Assembly: GCF_009914755.1 (NCBI RefSeq)
Contig: NC_060937.1
Source: the human T2T-CHM13v2.0 reference genome, Homo sapiens
DNA length: 64,000 bases
Direction: 5' to 3' (one strand)
Shown: positions 1 through 18,869 of the stretch, one piece after another
How positions within the stretch are numbered: position 1 is the first letter of the stretch
Layout of the letters: each line of letters opens with the position of its first letter
The notes under the pieces: generated by a model
Database searches by the model: none
Told to the model about the DNA's origin: nothing
The model's input: only the letters and a program-made list of their open reading frames with translations
Program-made: the position numbers and the translations under genes

Positions 1-1068
1 TATATAATACATATTATTATACATAATATATAGATACATATTGATATGATTAATACATATTTATATATAAATGTATTATGTATAATATATTTATATAATA
101 CATATTATTATACATAATATATATTGATACTAATCAATATAGTAACATCTAAGGAAATGACTTACTAAGAAGGTCTTGGAACAATCTCCTATTCTTTGAG
201 GGGGGGTCTAGAGGTCCCTAAAAATTTCTACTATGTATTATACATAATACATATAATATATGATATTCTATTATGTATTATATATTATATATTATATTTT
301 ATATTTTATATTTTATATTTTATTATAATATATATTATATATAATATATATAATATATTATATATTATATATTATATATATTATATATATTATATATAAT
401 ATAATATATATTATATATTATATATATTATATATAATATATATAATATAATATATATTATATATTATATATATTATAATAATTATAATATAAAATATTAT
501 ATATTATATATTATATATTATGTATTATATATAATACATAATATGTTATATATTTTGTATTATATATAATACATAATATGTTATATATTATGTATTATAT
601 ATAATACATAATATGTTATATATTATGTATAATATATTATATATTATGTATTATATATAATACATAATATATTATGTATTATGTATAATATATTATATGT
701 GTAATATATTTATGTATATATAATACATATATTATATATTATATATTATATGTATAATATATTATAAGTATAATATATATTATATGTATAATTTATGTAT
801 AATATATATTATACATAAATATGTATAATATATATTATACATAAATATGTATAATATATATGTAATTATATATATTATATGTATATTATATTATATATAT
901 GTATATTATATGTAATTATATATATTATATATGCATATAATATATGTGTAATTATATAATATTATGTAAATATATATTACACATAAATATATATTATATT
1001 ATACATATAATATATATTATACATAATTATGTATAATATATATTATATGTATAATATATATTATATAT
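1..1068. repeat. Long AT-rich low-complexity/(TA)n-derived repeat
   Basis: Almost pure A/T with TATAT, TAATA and TACAT units, apart from about 130-230. Confidence 0.95.
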
Positions 1069-1112
1069 TTTCAAAAAGTAGGTTGCAACTGATTAGTCAA
1101 TAAAGTCAAGTT

Positions 1113-1385
1113 AGCCAGGCTCGGTGGTTCACACCTGTAATCCCAGCACTTTGGGAGGCCGAGGCACTTAAGGTCAGGAGTTCGAGACCAGCCTGGCCAA
1201 CATGGTGAAACCCCGTCTCCACAAAAAATACGAAAAAAATTACCCGGGCGTAGTGGCGCGCCCCTGTAATCCCAGATACTCAGGAGGCAGAGACAGGAGA
1301 ATCGCTTGAAACCAGGAGGTGAAGGTTGCAGTGAGCCAAGATCACTCCAGCCTGGGCAACTCCATCTCAAAAAAAAAAAAAAAAG
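1113..1385 (+). mobile_element. AluS
   Basis: Dimeric Alu with A-tail. TSD aaagtc(aag/cat)ttag. Confidence 0.95.
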
Positions 1386-1597
1386 TCCATTTAGTGGGTT
1401 GTTACCAGATTTTTATTTTATATATATATATATTTATTGTATATAAAAAATATATATGTGGAACCCAAGAGGTTTTGACATTTTATTCTGCCATCCCTAA
1501 GTGTTGTGGACCTCCCTAGTCCCTTAGAGCACTCCAGCCAATACACTTACTTTCTCAGCAGCAGGGGAAAAGAGACAAATCAGAAGGATATGCATCT

Positions 1598-3270
1598 ATG
1601 GTAGACAGAATAATGGTCCCTGAAAAGTTGAAAGGTGTCTACATTGCAATTCCTGAAACCTGTGTCTATGTTCCCTTACAGGGCAAAAGGGATTTTTAGA
1701 GATATAATTAGATTAGGTACTTAAAATAAACAGATTATTCTAGATTATCCTTGTGGGCCCAATCTAATCATACAAGTCCTTGAAAGCAAATAACTTTCTC
1801 TAGCTAGAATTCAAGAGCTACAGCAGAAAGAAAAGTTGAAGAGATTCCAAATATGAGGAGGCTTTACTGAGCCATTGCTGCCTCTGAGATGAGGGAGTCC
1901 ATTGACAAGGACCCAAGAGAGGCTGGTAAGGGCTAACGACCACCCCCAGGCGACAGACAGCAAGGAAACTGGGGGCAGCCACAAGGACGTGGCCTCTCCA
2001 ACACTGGACCAGAGAAACTGCTGAGCCAAGGGGGACTTTGACAGACAGAAACAGTGAAATAATAAATTTAATAACCCTAGAAGAAAACCTAGGCAATACC
2101 ATTCAAGACATAGGCATGACAAGGACTTCATGACTAAAACACCAAAAGCAATGGCAACAAAACCCAAAATAGACAAATGGGATCTAATTAAACTAAAGAG
2201 CTTCTGCACAGCAAAAGAAACTACCATCAGAGTGAAAAGGCAACCTACAGAATGGGAGAAAATTTTTGCAATCTACTTATCTGACAAAGGGCTAATATCC
2301 AGAATCTACAAAGGACTTAAACAAATTTACAAGAAAAAAACTAACAACCCCATCAAAAAGTGGGCAAAGGATATGAACAGACAATTCTCAAAAGAAGACA
2401 TTTATGCAGCCAACACACACTTGAAAAAATGCTCATCATAACTGGTCATCAGAGAAATGCAAACCAAAACCACAATGAGATACCATCTCACGCCAGTTAG
2501 AATGGCGATCATTAAAAAGTCAGGAAACAACAGATGCTGGAGAGGATGTGGATAAATAGGAACGTTTTTACACTGTTGGTGGGACTGTAAATTAGTTCAC
2601 CCATTGCGGAAGACAGTGTGGCCATTCCTCAAGGATCTAGAACTAGAAATACCATTTGACTCAACTGGGGTATTACTGGGTATATACCCAGAGGATTATA
2701 AATAATGCTACTATAAAGACACATGTACACGTATGTTTATTGCAGCACTATTCACAATAGCAAAGACTTGGAACCAACCCAAATGTCCATCAATGATAGA
2801 CTGGATTAAGAAAATGTGGCACATATACACAATGGAATACTATGCAGCCATAAAAAAGGATGAGTTCATGTCCTTTGCCGGGACATGGATGAAACTGGAA
2901 ACCATCATTCTCAGCAAACTATCACAAGGACAGAAAACCAAACACTATATGTTCTCACTCATAGGTGGGAATTGAAGAATGAGAACACTTGGACACAGTG
3001 TGGGGAACATCACATACTGGGGCCTGTAGGGGGGTGGGGGGGCTGGGGGAGGGACAGCATTAGGAGAAGTATCTAATGTAAATGACAAGTTGACGGGTGC
3101 AGCAAACCAACATGGCACATGTATACCTATGTAACAAACCTGCATATTGTGCACATGTACCCTAGAACTTAAAGTATAATAATAAAATAAAAACGAAAAA
3201 AATAAATTTCATGTTGTGTTTAGCTGCTGCATTTGTGGTGATTCGTAATTGCAGCAATTGAAAATGAATA
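1598..3270 (+). mobile_element. MaLR (MLT1-like) LTR interrupted by the L1PA
   Basis: Begins tggtagacagaataatggtccc with gattatcc...gggcccaatctaatca, and resumes after the L1 tail. Subfamily not determined. Confidence 0.7.
2073..3205 (+). mobile_element. 5'-truncated L1PA (ORF2 C-terminus, 3' UTR, A-tail)
   Basis: ORF2 peptides [30 protein letters not shown] and MFIAALFTIAKTWNQPKCPS. G-rich 3' UTR ending cctagaacttaaagtataataataaaa. aataaattt-like TSD. Confidence 0.95.
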
Positions 3271-3525
3271 TAGTTTCCTTTACTTGAATGACACTTTTGG
3301 AGTTACACGATGCCTGCTTACACCTCATTCACAGAACTTAGCTGCATGAAAGCATCTAGCTACACAGCAGGTGGGAAAATGTAGCCTTTATTCTGGACAA
3401 CCAGTTGTCTAATGAAAAATGGGAGGAAGTACATCACTAAAAAGGGAAGTGTCCAGTGGATACTGGGGACAACTAGCAGCCTCCATGACAGTTACCAAGG
3501 ATCTATATAAAAAATTGTCCTAATA

Positions 3526-3871
<346 letters not shown>

Positions 3872-4370
3872 TCATTATTATACAACAGCCATATATGAAG
3901 CCCATGTCCTGGAATTTAATTCTAGAAGGAAGTTTGTTCAGACAAACTTGTGTGCTTTCATCAAACGATGTACATGATACAACATCCAGTGTTAGCCTTT
4001 TCTATCAGACAACTCTGAACTAAAGTTAGTATTCAATTAACACTCAACTATGTGTCTCATCCTAGCATAGGCTATTGAGGAAGGCCGAGATTTTCAATCA
4101 GAAACATTGGCTTCCAGTTCTGCATTGACCATTTATGCCCCTTCTGAACTAGGGCAAATGACTTAGTGTCTTTGACAGTCTATTTTTCTTATTAGTCAAT
4201 TGGGAGAAATATCAACCTCATAGGACTGTTATGAGGGTTAAATAAGGTATGTGAAAGATACTTTTTGAGATGAAAAAGAGCCCTATACATGTATTTATAG
4301 AATTAAAACATATAACATTTATACATTTATATGAAATGTATAAAACATTGGATCTTCCCTTCCTCTAAGT

Positions 4371-4609
4371 CAGTGTTTTTCGAACAGTAGGTTGCAACTG
4401 ATTAGTCAATGAAGTCAACTTAGTGGGTTATTACCAGATTTTTTTAAGTTAGATAAAATATAATAGAAAATATCAGAGTGCATTATGCACAGCGAGGATA
4501 AAGATTGCTTCATGTAACTTTTTTTAGTTATACATGCATATGCCTAACAGATCAAAATACAAAATATATTTTGACTTTGTAACTTTGTTAGAAAGTTTTG
4601 AAAACACTG
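4371..4609. mobile_element. hAT-Charlie-like non-autonomous DNA transposon
   Basis: Terminal inverted repeats CAGTGTTTTTC...GAAAACACTG. Degenerate 8-bp flanks ctctaagt/ctttaaaa. Confidence 0.65.
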
Positions 4610-4829
4610 CTTTAAAAACACTGCTTGGAATGGTGTGATCTTCATTTTATCTGTGTTAAACATTTGGTTTTTTGTTTTGTTTTTAGCGCTCTATTCATCA
4701 TGTGCTTTTATTAGAAACCAACTCACATCTATTTTGGAGAGAGAAAGTTGAGCTAGGAGAGAGAGAGACTGAGGGCCAGGGTAAAACTCATGTTAAATGC
4801 TTTTCAAACAAGATATAATTGTTAAACTT

Positions 4830-5137
<308 letters not shown>

Positions 5138-5614
5138 TAATTGTTAAACTCTTAATCTCAGCCTCAGAGTCAGTCTTCCACTCTTTGTGATGCTGGAAGT
5201 GGGCTGAGGCGCTGAAAATGACATTCTCCTTTGGCAACGGGCTATTGGTCAGGCTCTGCTACTCAGCACGGGCCAGGAGGGAGGCTTCAAGGTGCAAGGC
5301 CAGTGGAAGAACTTGCTTCTTCCTTTCTGCTTCCAGTTCGCTTCAGTTGCGAGCCAGGCCGTGTTTCTCCCGGTAGTGGCAATTTATTCCATTAGCAGCA
5401 GTTTATTCTGGTTTGCAGTTTCTTCCGAATCGGCACCACCTCAAAGATATCAACACCAGTTGGCCAGCAACCCCTTCTCAGCGGTGTGAGTCCCAGCTCT
5501 GTGGAGCCCCTCCTTCAAGCTTCTACATTTTCATATTTACAACCTCTTTATTTTGTTGCCTCAGCCCTGGGGGCTGGTAGCTGCATTTTGCAATCACTCC
5601 CTGATGCCTTAGTA

Positions 5615-5835
5615 CAAGCTTGTCCAATCCCTGGCCGTGGCCACATGTGGCCCAGGACAGCTTTGGATGTGGCCCAATACAAATTCGTAACTTTCTTATA
5701 ACATTATGAGATTTTTTTGCAATTTTCTTTTTTAATTCATCAGCTTCATTAGTGTTAGTGTGTTTTATGTGTGGCCCGGGACAATTATTCTTCTTCCAAT
5801 GGGGCCCAGGGAAGTCAAAAGATTGGACACCCCTG
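5615..5835 (-). mobile_element. MER30-like hAT DNA transposon
   Basis: Ends caagcttgtccaa...ttggacacccctg. 8-bp TSD ccttagta/ccttagtg. Confidence 0.85.
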
Positions 5836-6191
5836 CCTTAGTGCCTCTGACTGGAAGGGCCTACCAGCTTATACTTCCTATGTTTGCCTGCCTGCCTTTT
5901 TTTTCTTCTGTCTTGCCTTCTCTTAAAATGTACTGAGTGGAGAGCCGCAGTGGCTCAGGCCTGTTGTCCTGGTGCATAAGGAGGCGAGGCTAGGCGTTCC
6001 AGGCCAGCCTGGGCAACATAGAAACCTCTCATCTATGTAACAAAAAAATAATAATAATAAAATGTACTGAGTAACTGTACTAGGATCTGGACTGGGCTCT
6101 GGGTCCTCTGTAAAGTCTGTGAGCACACAACCATGGAACCAATGAGTTTCATGTTCTCTGTGAAACTTCCCAAACATCCCAAGTACCCCTC

Positions 6192-7012
6192 TGTGGTGTC
6201 TACCTTCTAAGATGGCCCCCAATAAATTGTGCCTTTTGGTTTCCACACCTTTATGTCCTCCCCTCCCACAATGAATCTGGGCTGAGCCTGTGACTCACTT
6301 TAACCAGTAAACTGCAGCAAAACTGATGCTGTGCCCCTTCCGGGCCTAACATCTTTTTTTTCTTTTTTTGACACAAGGTCTCATTCTGTTGCCCAGGCTA
6401 GAGTGCAGCGGTGCAATCACAGTTCGCTGAAGCCTTGACCTCCCTGGCTCAAGTGATCCTCCTATGTCAGCCTCCCAAGTAGCTGGGAACACAGGCACAC
6501 ACCAACATGCCCAGCTAATTTTTTTTTTTCTTTTTTTGTTGAGACAGGTTCTCACTATGTTGCCTAGACTGGTCTCAAACTCCTGAGCTCAAGCAATCCA
6601 CCTGCCTTGGCCTTTCAAAGTGCTGGCATTACAGGCATGAGTCACTATGCCCAGCCTGAGCCTAAAATCAAAGAAGGCCTCATATCTTCCACATTTGTGC
6701 TTTGGGAATCCTGGACCACCACGTTAAAATAATAAAAAAACCCAGCTGCCTCGCTGGAGAGACTATATCACGATGTCCTCACAGGAAGATACTGCATGGA
6801 GAAAAGAAACCCTGAGAACACCTGAGAAGAGAGGCCCAGGCATCCCAGCATCTCATCCCAGCATCTCATCCCAGCTCTAGCCATCATCTGACTGCAATTA
6901 TATGAAGCCAGCAAAGGAACTGCCCAGCTGAACCCAGTTAATCTACAAAATGTGAGAGATAATTAACCCCTAAGTTTTGGAGGTGGTTTGCTATGCAGTA
7001 ACAGATAATTGA
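6192..7012 (+). mobile_element. MaLR LTR fragment interrupted by an AluJ (6354-6657, minus)
   Basis: tgtgg...aagatggcccccaat start and ttgctatgcagtaacagataa end, typical of MLT1. Confidence 0.6.
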
Positions 7013-8992
7013 AATGCCCCTTCCCTGTTCTATGTTCTTACTCTTTAATCCCATAACACCTTGTCCCTTTGTACCTCTATCATATTCTTACTCAAGTTGC
7101 ATTGTCTGTCTCCCCTAAGAGATGGCAAGTTTCTAAAGGGTGGTGATTGCATCTTTATTTATTTTATCAGAAAAAGTTCAGTAAAGAAAACAGAAACCAC
7201 TCAAGGCATTTCAAGCAAAAGGAGATTAGGTATTCACAAGATTATTGAAAGGCACAGCACGAGGCTTTTGGCTTCAAGGTCATATCACCATGGTTGTAAT
7301 GCATAGGTCTAAAAACTGCTGCTACTACCACAGCTCTGCCCTATATCCAAGAAAATGATGTCCGGACAGTGGAATGTGGATTTGGCCATGCAAATACATC
7401 TGCCAGAACCAGCCAGCCACTATGACAAGAACAATGACTTCTGTCTTCTTTCTGTCCTCCAGATATTTCATGAATTCATCTAATTGACAGAACCTTCATT
7501 GCACCTAGAAGTCTTGTGCTAAAAGGTCTGGAAAAGCCAGGCTTGGCAGCATACACCAGTAGTTCCAGCTACTCAGGAGGTTGAGGCAGGAGGATAACTG
7601 GAATCCAGGAGTTTGAGGCCATAGTGAGCTATGATCACACCACTACACTTCAGCCTGGGCAACATAGGAAGAACTTGTCTCAAAAAAAGAAAAGAAAGAA
7701 AGAAACCTTCCAGAAACTATAGCTTTCAGCATTCCAGTTAATTCTATACAGGGGAGAATATAGATGGAGTGAGAAATGGATGATAAGGGCCGATTAACAG
7801 CATGTAGTGCATTTCTGAATCCCTAGCCCTAACACAAGCTCTGATAAGTAGGAAGTCTGATAGGCCTGTTGAATGAATTGATGAATGTACAAATTAATTT
7901 GTTATCCATCAGGTAGTGTAGCATGCAATTATAGTCCCCTCCTATCCTAGATGCTAGGAAGACAAAGGTGAATAAATGGTATTTCCAAAAAGCAAAATCC
8001 AGGGGTAGAGCTGAGTTGTGAGAGCAGTGGGATACAAGTATGAATTTTGTAAGATTCTCAGTGTTATCTGTGGAGCCCTTGTCTTTCACTCTCTCATGAA
8101 AGTAAATAGGCAAATACAGAATCCATCTCAGATGTTAACCTTTTCAACATGTTTTGCAAATGTAAGTTGTTTCTCCAGGAAATAATAAGGCTGCTTTTCC
8201 AAGGTCAGCCCTGTAGCTGAGTCAAGAAAGCATTCCTAAAGCATATGTAAAGAAAAGAACTCAGACACAGTCTACACGCTTGAGAATAGACACAACTAAG
8301 GCCATCTTGACAGGTAAATTCTATGGCTTCCCCTTGCTATTCACACATACTATTTATTTTCCCAGCTATTACTTAAAGCACCACATAGCTCTCAATCCTC
8401 AGTGATGAGAAAAAGTGGAATAGAGACCAGAAATAGGAACTCGAGAGTCCAGTGTTCTTTACTTAGGCCAGCAATTAACTTGTAAAGGCTGTCACAATCT
8501 CATTTTCAGCTGTATTAGTTTTGCCATTTACAAAATACAGGCATTATGTAAATAACCAAACAATGCTGATAAAGTGCTGAGTCCTCATCACTACAGTTAT
8601 CCCTGTCTGCTCTGTACTAAATCTATGACAGGATTTGTGTAATTATAGGGTGTGTTCCCCTTGCTAAGCATATCTCCCACACAATCCATTTAGCCACTCA
8701 TAAACCAAACACTAGGATTTTTTTAAAAAAGAAATTAGTTGATCTTGCTAGGGTTAGTGGAATGTTTTTTATTTGTTTCCATTCCTATTGTTGAGATTTG
8801 GTGCTTTTTCAAACAGTTGCTTATAGTTTAAAAAAAAAAAAAGACTAGACAAAGCTACAACCAAGCATTAATAGTAGTAGTGAACTCTGGGGAGTCCGAC
8901 TGGCTGTTCCTTTTATTTTACTTTATGTGCTGCATTGTTTGTATTTTTCACAATGGGAATGTATTGATTTTAAAATTAAAAATAAACTTTGT

Positions 8993-9342
<350 letters not shown>

Positions 9343-10254
9343 TTACAGATGATTTTTTTTATTATTTGAATATTTATATTGAGAAAAATAACCATTATTT
9401 AAAAGAACATCGACTACATTGTTGACACTTTTTCTGCAGAAAGTGCAACAAGTGTATCAAGTGACACGTAGGTCTGGCTCTTAGAAGTCTGTGAACCCTT
9501 CTTCACCTCATTAATCATTGGCTGACCTATAGAGACTCAGCAACCAGAAATAAAGGCATGAGGTCAAACTGCACAGGGCTTGGGAAGGCTGTCTGACTTC
9601 AGATCCTTCAGGCCCTCAGACCTCACCGTTCAAGGTCAGACTGACTGGGAAAGGAGTGGGAGTTTTCCTGGGGCGTGGAGTGTGGACACCATCAGAACCA
9701 GGCTGAGGAATACCAGGTACTGCAGAGCAAGTGACCGTTGTTAAGGGATTCTTTATATGGTGTGACTGCTTATTGTGGTTTTCTGTTTGCTTTCACTCCA
9801 TTAACTTGTGTGAGCTGCTTATTATTTACCAAGCACTGTGCTCATGCTTGGTGGGGGATAGAAAGAGGCAAAATATAGGATCCCAGCCCCCAAGAAGTCT
9901 CTCATCAAAAGTAAAAATTAGACAGGTAGAAAAGATAAATTATAACACAGCAAGACAAGTGATATAACACAGGTTTATTCCTCTCAAGGAACGCAGAGGA
10001 AAGAAAAATCAAGCCTGAAGGATTCAGTGAGTCTTAGCAGAGTTTCTCGTACAGTAGGCAGCCTGGAGGAAGGTGGCTGGGAGAGGGAGTTCCAGGCCCA
10101 GAGAACACCTGGGGCAGAGATGCAGAAGCAAGAAAGAGCACAGAGAAGGCACCCACACCTAATCCCTGTGTTCCTTTTGAATTGCTGCTGTCAAATTACC
10201 ACAAATGCCGTGGCTTAAAATGACACAGGGAGATTTGACCCCAGAATGTGGCTA

Positions 10255-11038
<784 letters not shown>

Positions 11039-12158
11039 GGTTGGAAAGTGCAAGGCAAGGAAATGGATTCTCTCCCAGAAACCTCCAGAAGGAACCAGCC
11101 CTGCCAACACCTTGATTTTAGACTCCTGGCCTCCAGAACTGTAAGAGAATAAACCTTGTCATTTTAAGCCATGAAGGTATTAAAATAGTTGTGATTTGAG
11201 GTGGTTTGTTAAATAATAATGGATAGTAGGAACAGAGTTTGGTGCCTGGAAATAAGGTACTGCTTAAACACCTAAAACATGACTACCATATTTAATTAGC
11301 CAATACTAAAACATGTAGTTTGAGGACTGAGTGGCAGGAAGAAGCCAGATAGGCATTGGGGTAAGCTGATGGTGAGTATTTGAATAAAGTGAGAAAAAAT
11401 AGTATTTGAAGCTGGAGAAAATAAAATGTTTATTATATATTGGCAGAAAATTTGGCAACACTGTCATCTGAGATAATACGGAAAACCGGAAGCGTACTTA
11501 ATAAGCTCAAGTAGTCCAGCCAAGGAGATTTCTGGGCAGGATACTAAAGGTGCCACCAGCTTCTTATAGCTGCCTGTGTAAAATCTGAAATGATGAAGAT
11601 GAAATAAAAAAATATGATGATCAGCTTTCACGTCAAATTAAGAGGACACATAGAGGGCTTTCAGCTGAATTTATCCAGCAGGAGATTCTCAAGGCAAGAA
11701 AAGACCTCTAGGGAAGATCAAATCTAGGATACAGTCAAGAAAATGTGTTCTCATAATAAAAATGAAGACAAACATATGACTTTAAAGCTCCTTGTTGAGA
11801 TCTAAGAAAGGTATAAGGTGGTCCTTTGTAGACTCTTTCAAGTAGACTAAAGGCCTCCTAAGGATTCTACGGAAGCCTTTCAAACAGCCTCTGTCTAACA
11901 GTAGGGCTTCTGAAAATCTTGCAGGCATTGTTGCACTACAGCTTCATGGGGAGCTCAAGGTAGAGAAGAGCTTATCACAAAGAGATTTGTGGGTGTAGCC
12001 TTATCTAATGGCATGGAGTTTATAAACTGATACATAAGAAACCCACAAAGATGTTAAAGGAATTATATTAGCTTTGTTCAAAAGGAACAGATAGTACAAA
12101 ATAAAATAAGGCTCCCCAGACTTCTAGTCAGAAAGCAGGCTGAAACTGCGCAGGCTAC

Positions 12159-12467
12159 TTTTTGTTTGTTTGTTTGTTTGTTTGTTTTGAGATGGAGTCT
12201 TGCTGTGTCACCCAGGCTGGAGTGCAGTGGCACAATCTCGGCTCACTGCAATGTCCGTCTCCCAGGTTCAAGCAATTCTCTGCCTCAGCCTCCTGAGTAG
12301 CTGGGATTACAGGCACCCGCCACCATGCCCGGCTAATTTTTTTATTTTTAGTAGAGATGGGGTTTCACCATCTTGGCCAGGCTGGCCTTGAAATCCTGAC
12401 CTCATGATCCACCTGCCTCGGCCTCCCAAAGTTCTGGGATTACAGGTGGAAGCCACCGTGCCCAGCC
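12159..12467 (-). mobile_element. AluS
   Basis: Antisense Alu with (TTTG)n tail. TSD caggctactttt. Confidence 0.95.
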
Positions 12468-13759
12468 ACACACAGGCTACTTTTTATGGAGAAGAAAGGA
12501 TAACTCAGAAAATGGGAATAAAGACCTACAAAGCAGAGGAAAAATTTCCGGAGAGTACTTTGCAACAAGCAGGACTGGGCCCTAACCAATACATGGGCAA
12601 CATATGCTCAGATAGGTTTCAGAATTAACATAAACCAATGATTGTTACTTGTTTCCATTTTCCACACTTTAGAACAAGGGTATTTATACACATTATCCTA
12701 TACCTATATCACTTTGTGTTGGGCTTATTTGGGGGAAGAGTGGCAGAAAACCTTATTTCATACGTTTTCAGATCAAGAGGACCATATTCAAGCAACTTAA
12801 CTGAAGGAGCCTAATCTGCACCTGGACCTGATTTATATCATGAGACCCTGTACCTTGAGCATAAGCCCGGTGCTTTAATGAGATGAAACTTTGGGAGGAA
12901 AGAGCTTGGATGTGGAAGAACGTAAATAATTTGTGCACATGCGGCAAACTGGAAGTTTGAAACACGGCTGCAAATTTTTTTATATTCCTCCCATGGAGTG
13001 GTGGCTTTATGTCTCCCCCTCTCAAACCTGGGAGGGCCTGTCACTTCTTCAACCAACCGAAAGTGGTGGTGGAAGTGACACCATGTGATTTCTGAAGCTA
13101 GGTCAGAATAGTACATATAGCTTCCATCCTGCCTACAGGGAACACTGACTCTCGGAGCGCTGAACCACTAATGTTAGAAGCCACAACCCTATGGAAGCCC
13201 AAGCCAAATGAGGAGGAACTCTGGTTAACAACCCAAAGTAAGCTCAAATTTCAACTTTGTTTTAGCCCAGATACCAGTAAAGAACCCTCTAGGTGATTTC
13301 AGCCCCAGCCATTCAATTCTTCCTAACTGAGGCTCCAGACGCTGTAGCATGGAGACAAGTCATTCTTACATACCCTATCTGAATTCTTGTCGCACAGAAT
13401 CCATGAACATAATGAGATGGTTGTTGTGTGACATTAAGTTTGAAGTTGTTTGTTGTTTGACAGTAATAACAGGAATACTGCTATATTAGTTTCCTGTGGC
13501 TGCTGTAACAAATTATCACAAACTTGGTGGTTTAACACAACAGAAGTTTATTCTCTTACAGTTCTGGAGGCCAGAAGTCCAAAATTGTTATCACTGGGCC
13601 AAAATCAAGGTGTTAGCCGGGCCACACCCCCCTGGAGACTGTTAGGGAATACCCCTTCCTTGCTTCTTCCAGCTTCTAGTGGTTGCTGACATTGACTTGT
13701 GTCGAAGCCAATATCTACAAATTTCTCTCTGTTCCTTCTTCACATTGCTTTCTCATGTA

Positions 13760-14572
<813 letters not shown>

Positions 14573-14904
14573 CAAAATCCTTGATCATACCTGCAAAGAC
14601 TCTTTGGAGTTGGATTTTGATTTTTTGTTTGTTTGCTTGCTTGTTTATTTTGTTTCTCATACAAAGTAATGTTCATAAGTTCTAGGAATTAGGACATGGA
14701 TATCTTTTGGGGTGCCCTTTTTCAGCCTGCTATCACTGCATAGTTGCAAAATACTACACTGTATATATTCTTTTGTATCTTGCCTTTTTAAATGTATGAG
14801 CCAAAATAAGCATTCCCATGCCATTACATACTCTGAAAACAGAAACTTTAATGGTTATGTAATATTCTATTGAGTGAATGTAACATAAGTTAGTTATCCA
14901 AAAC

Positions 14905-15905
<1,001 letters not shown>

Positions 15906-16055
15906 ATCCAAAACCTTAATGTTGGATACTTATTTCCAACTCCCTATTTTTTTAGTATTTCCTGAGACTAGATTCTACATATGGAACTTAGTGAGTGTGA
16001 GCAGTTTATGACTTGTGACTATATTGCCAGATTGCCATTTAGAAATACATATTAA

Positions 16056-17185
<1,130 letters not shown>

Positions 17186-17279
17186 TAGAAATGAATGCTG
17201 GTTGTTTTAAAGCTTAAATAAAATAATTTAAGTTTAAAAATCAAGCATGAAGGCTGGGATACTCACTCCATTTCTTTTG

Positions 17280-18060
17280 GTTCTGTTTACTAGAAAAGAA
17301 AAATCATCGAAGACAAAATGCGAATGCCCAATAAACATGAAGTATGCTCAACCTGCTTAATAATTTCAGAATAAAAAATTAAATTGGTTACCATTTTCTG
17401 TCCATCATATTGGCAAAAATTTAAGAGATAATGTCTAGGGTAAAAGAGGATATGAAGAAAGGGAAACTCACTCAACGGGACTGTGAATTGTGTGACTTGC
17501 TAAAGTTTTTTGGAAAGCAATGGCTATCTTTACTAGAGTTTTAAAATGTACATTTTTTTGACCTACCATTTCAAATTTAAGAAATCTATCCTTTAAATAT
17601 ACAAAACTACAAAAGGGTATATGTAAAAAGCTTACCTTCGTATGGTTTGTAATAGCAAAACAATGACAACAACTTAAATGTTCATCTGTAAGGAAATCGT
17701 TAAATAAATTGATTTAAAATTTTTTCCCACTAGAATTAAGTTTCCCAAGAATAGGGATTTTTAATGGTGATGATTACTGCTGTTTTCCCAGCACTTAGAA
17801 CATAGTAAATATTCAAAAGAAATGATTGAATAAATAGATAAAATTATATCTTTGTTTACATAATGCAATAGACATTTTAAAAATTGATGTGATTTATGTG
17901 TAATGACCTGGTGAAATATCCATGATATATTATTAAATGATAAAAGCAAGTCACAAAGTAAAGTGTGACTTCATTTTTGTTTTTTTTAAAGGACAGAAAA
18001 GAAAGAACAAGATTTTAAATGTAATACGTATTTGTGTAAGCACAGAAAAATTCTCGAAAT
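17280..18060 (+). mobile_element. Old L1M fragment
   Basis: Degenerate ORF2/3' UTR-like AT-rich sequence. Confidence 0.55.
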
Positions 18061-18869
18061 GACATCCAACAGTGTTAACATTGTTAATAGAGGGATGGAA
18101 TTGAAAGGATGGAGAAGTTACTTTTTTCTTTTCACATTTCTGCGTTGTTTAACCTTCTTGGAAGGAATTGTTTGTCCAAGCCCTTAGCTCAAACCAAACT
18201 AGACTTTGCTATGGGAAAATCAGTAGGCTCGAATTCGCACACACATCAGGGAACAGTGACCTTGATACTGTTACGTATTCTTTGTACAATATTGGTTTGT
18301 TGCCTTTTTTAAAGTATCTGTTGAACACTGGTAAATTTTGTTCCCCGCCTCTCTGGTAATCGCTCGACCTGTTCTTTCCAGCAGGTATTTCTCCTGCAGA
18401 ACCTGCTGGCTGGCCCCCGCCCTTATCTCTGGACTGCTTTGGAACCAGCGCGGCTTCTGTGTGGCAGCTACTGAGTGCACGCTCGACCTTTGCCACCCTC
18501 CGCGCTGATGGAAACTGGAGGAGGATGTGGTTTAGACACAATGTGGCCCAAGCGTCCTTGTTTCCTGAATATACCCCAAAGTACAAGTCCCATCTCCAGT
18601 TTTGAAAGAATTCCCCGAGGAAAGGGGCTTGAGTGGAGTGGGTGGAGGTGAGAGGGGAAGATGAGGTGTTGGAGAAGCCCGGCGCACGGGGCCTCTATTA
18701 ATATTAACTTTTATTAAGAGTTGGCCTTTCCCCGGGGCTTCACAAAGCAGGAAGTCAAGGGCAGTGGAACAGGGAAGGGAACTGGCAGGAAGAGAAGACC
18801 TTGAGTAAATTATTTAGCTGTGACACGAGATTAAGAGTGACCCCACCCTCCTCCCTGCCCCACACACCC

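Noticed and set aside
196-399. Tyr/Ile-rich 67-aa ORF
   Set aside because: Translation of the AT-rich simple repeat.
2130-2975. ORFs resembling a reverse-transcriptase protein C-terminus
   Set aside because: Broken L1 ORF2 remnants of a 5'-truncated element, not a gene.
6841-6874. 13-bp tandem repeat catcccagcatct
   Set aside because: Trivial slippage duplication inside an LTR remnant.
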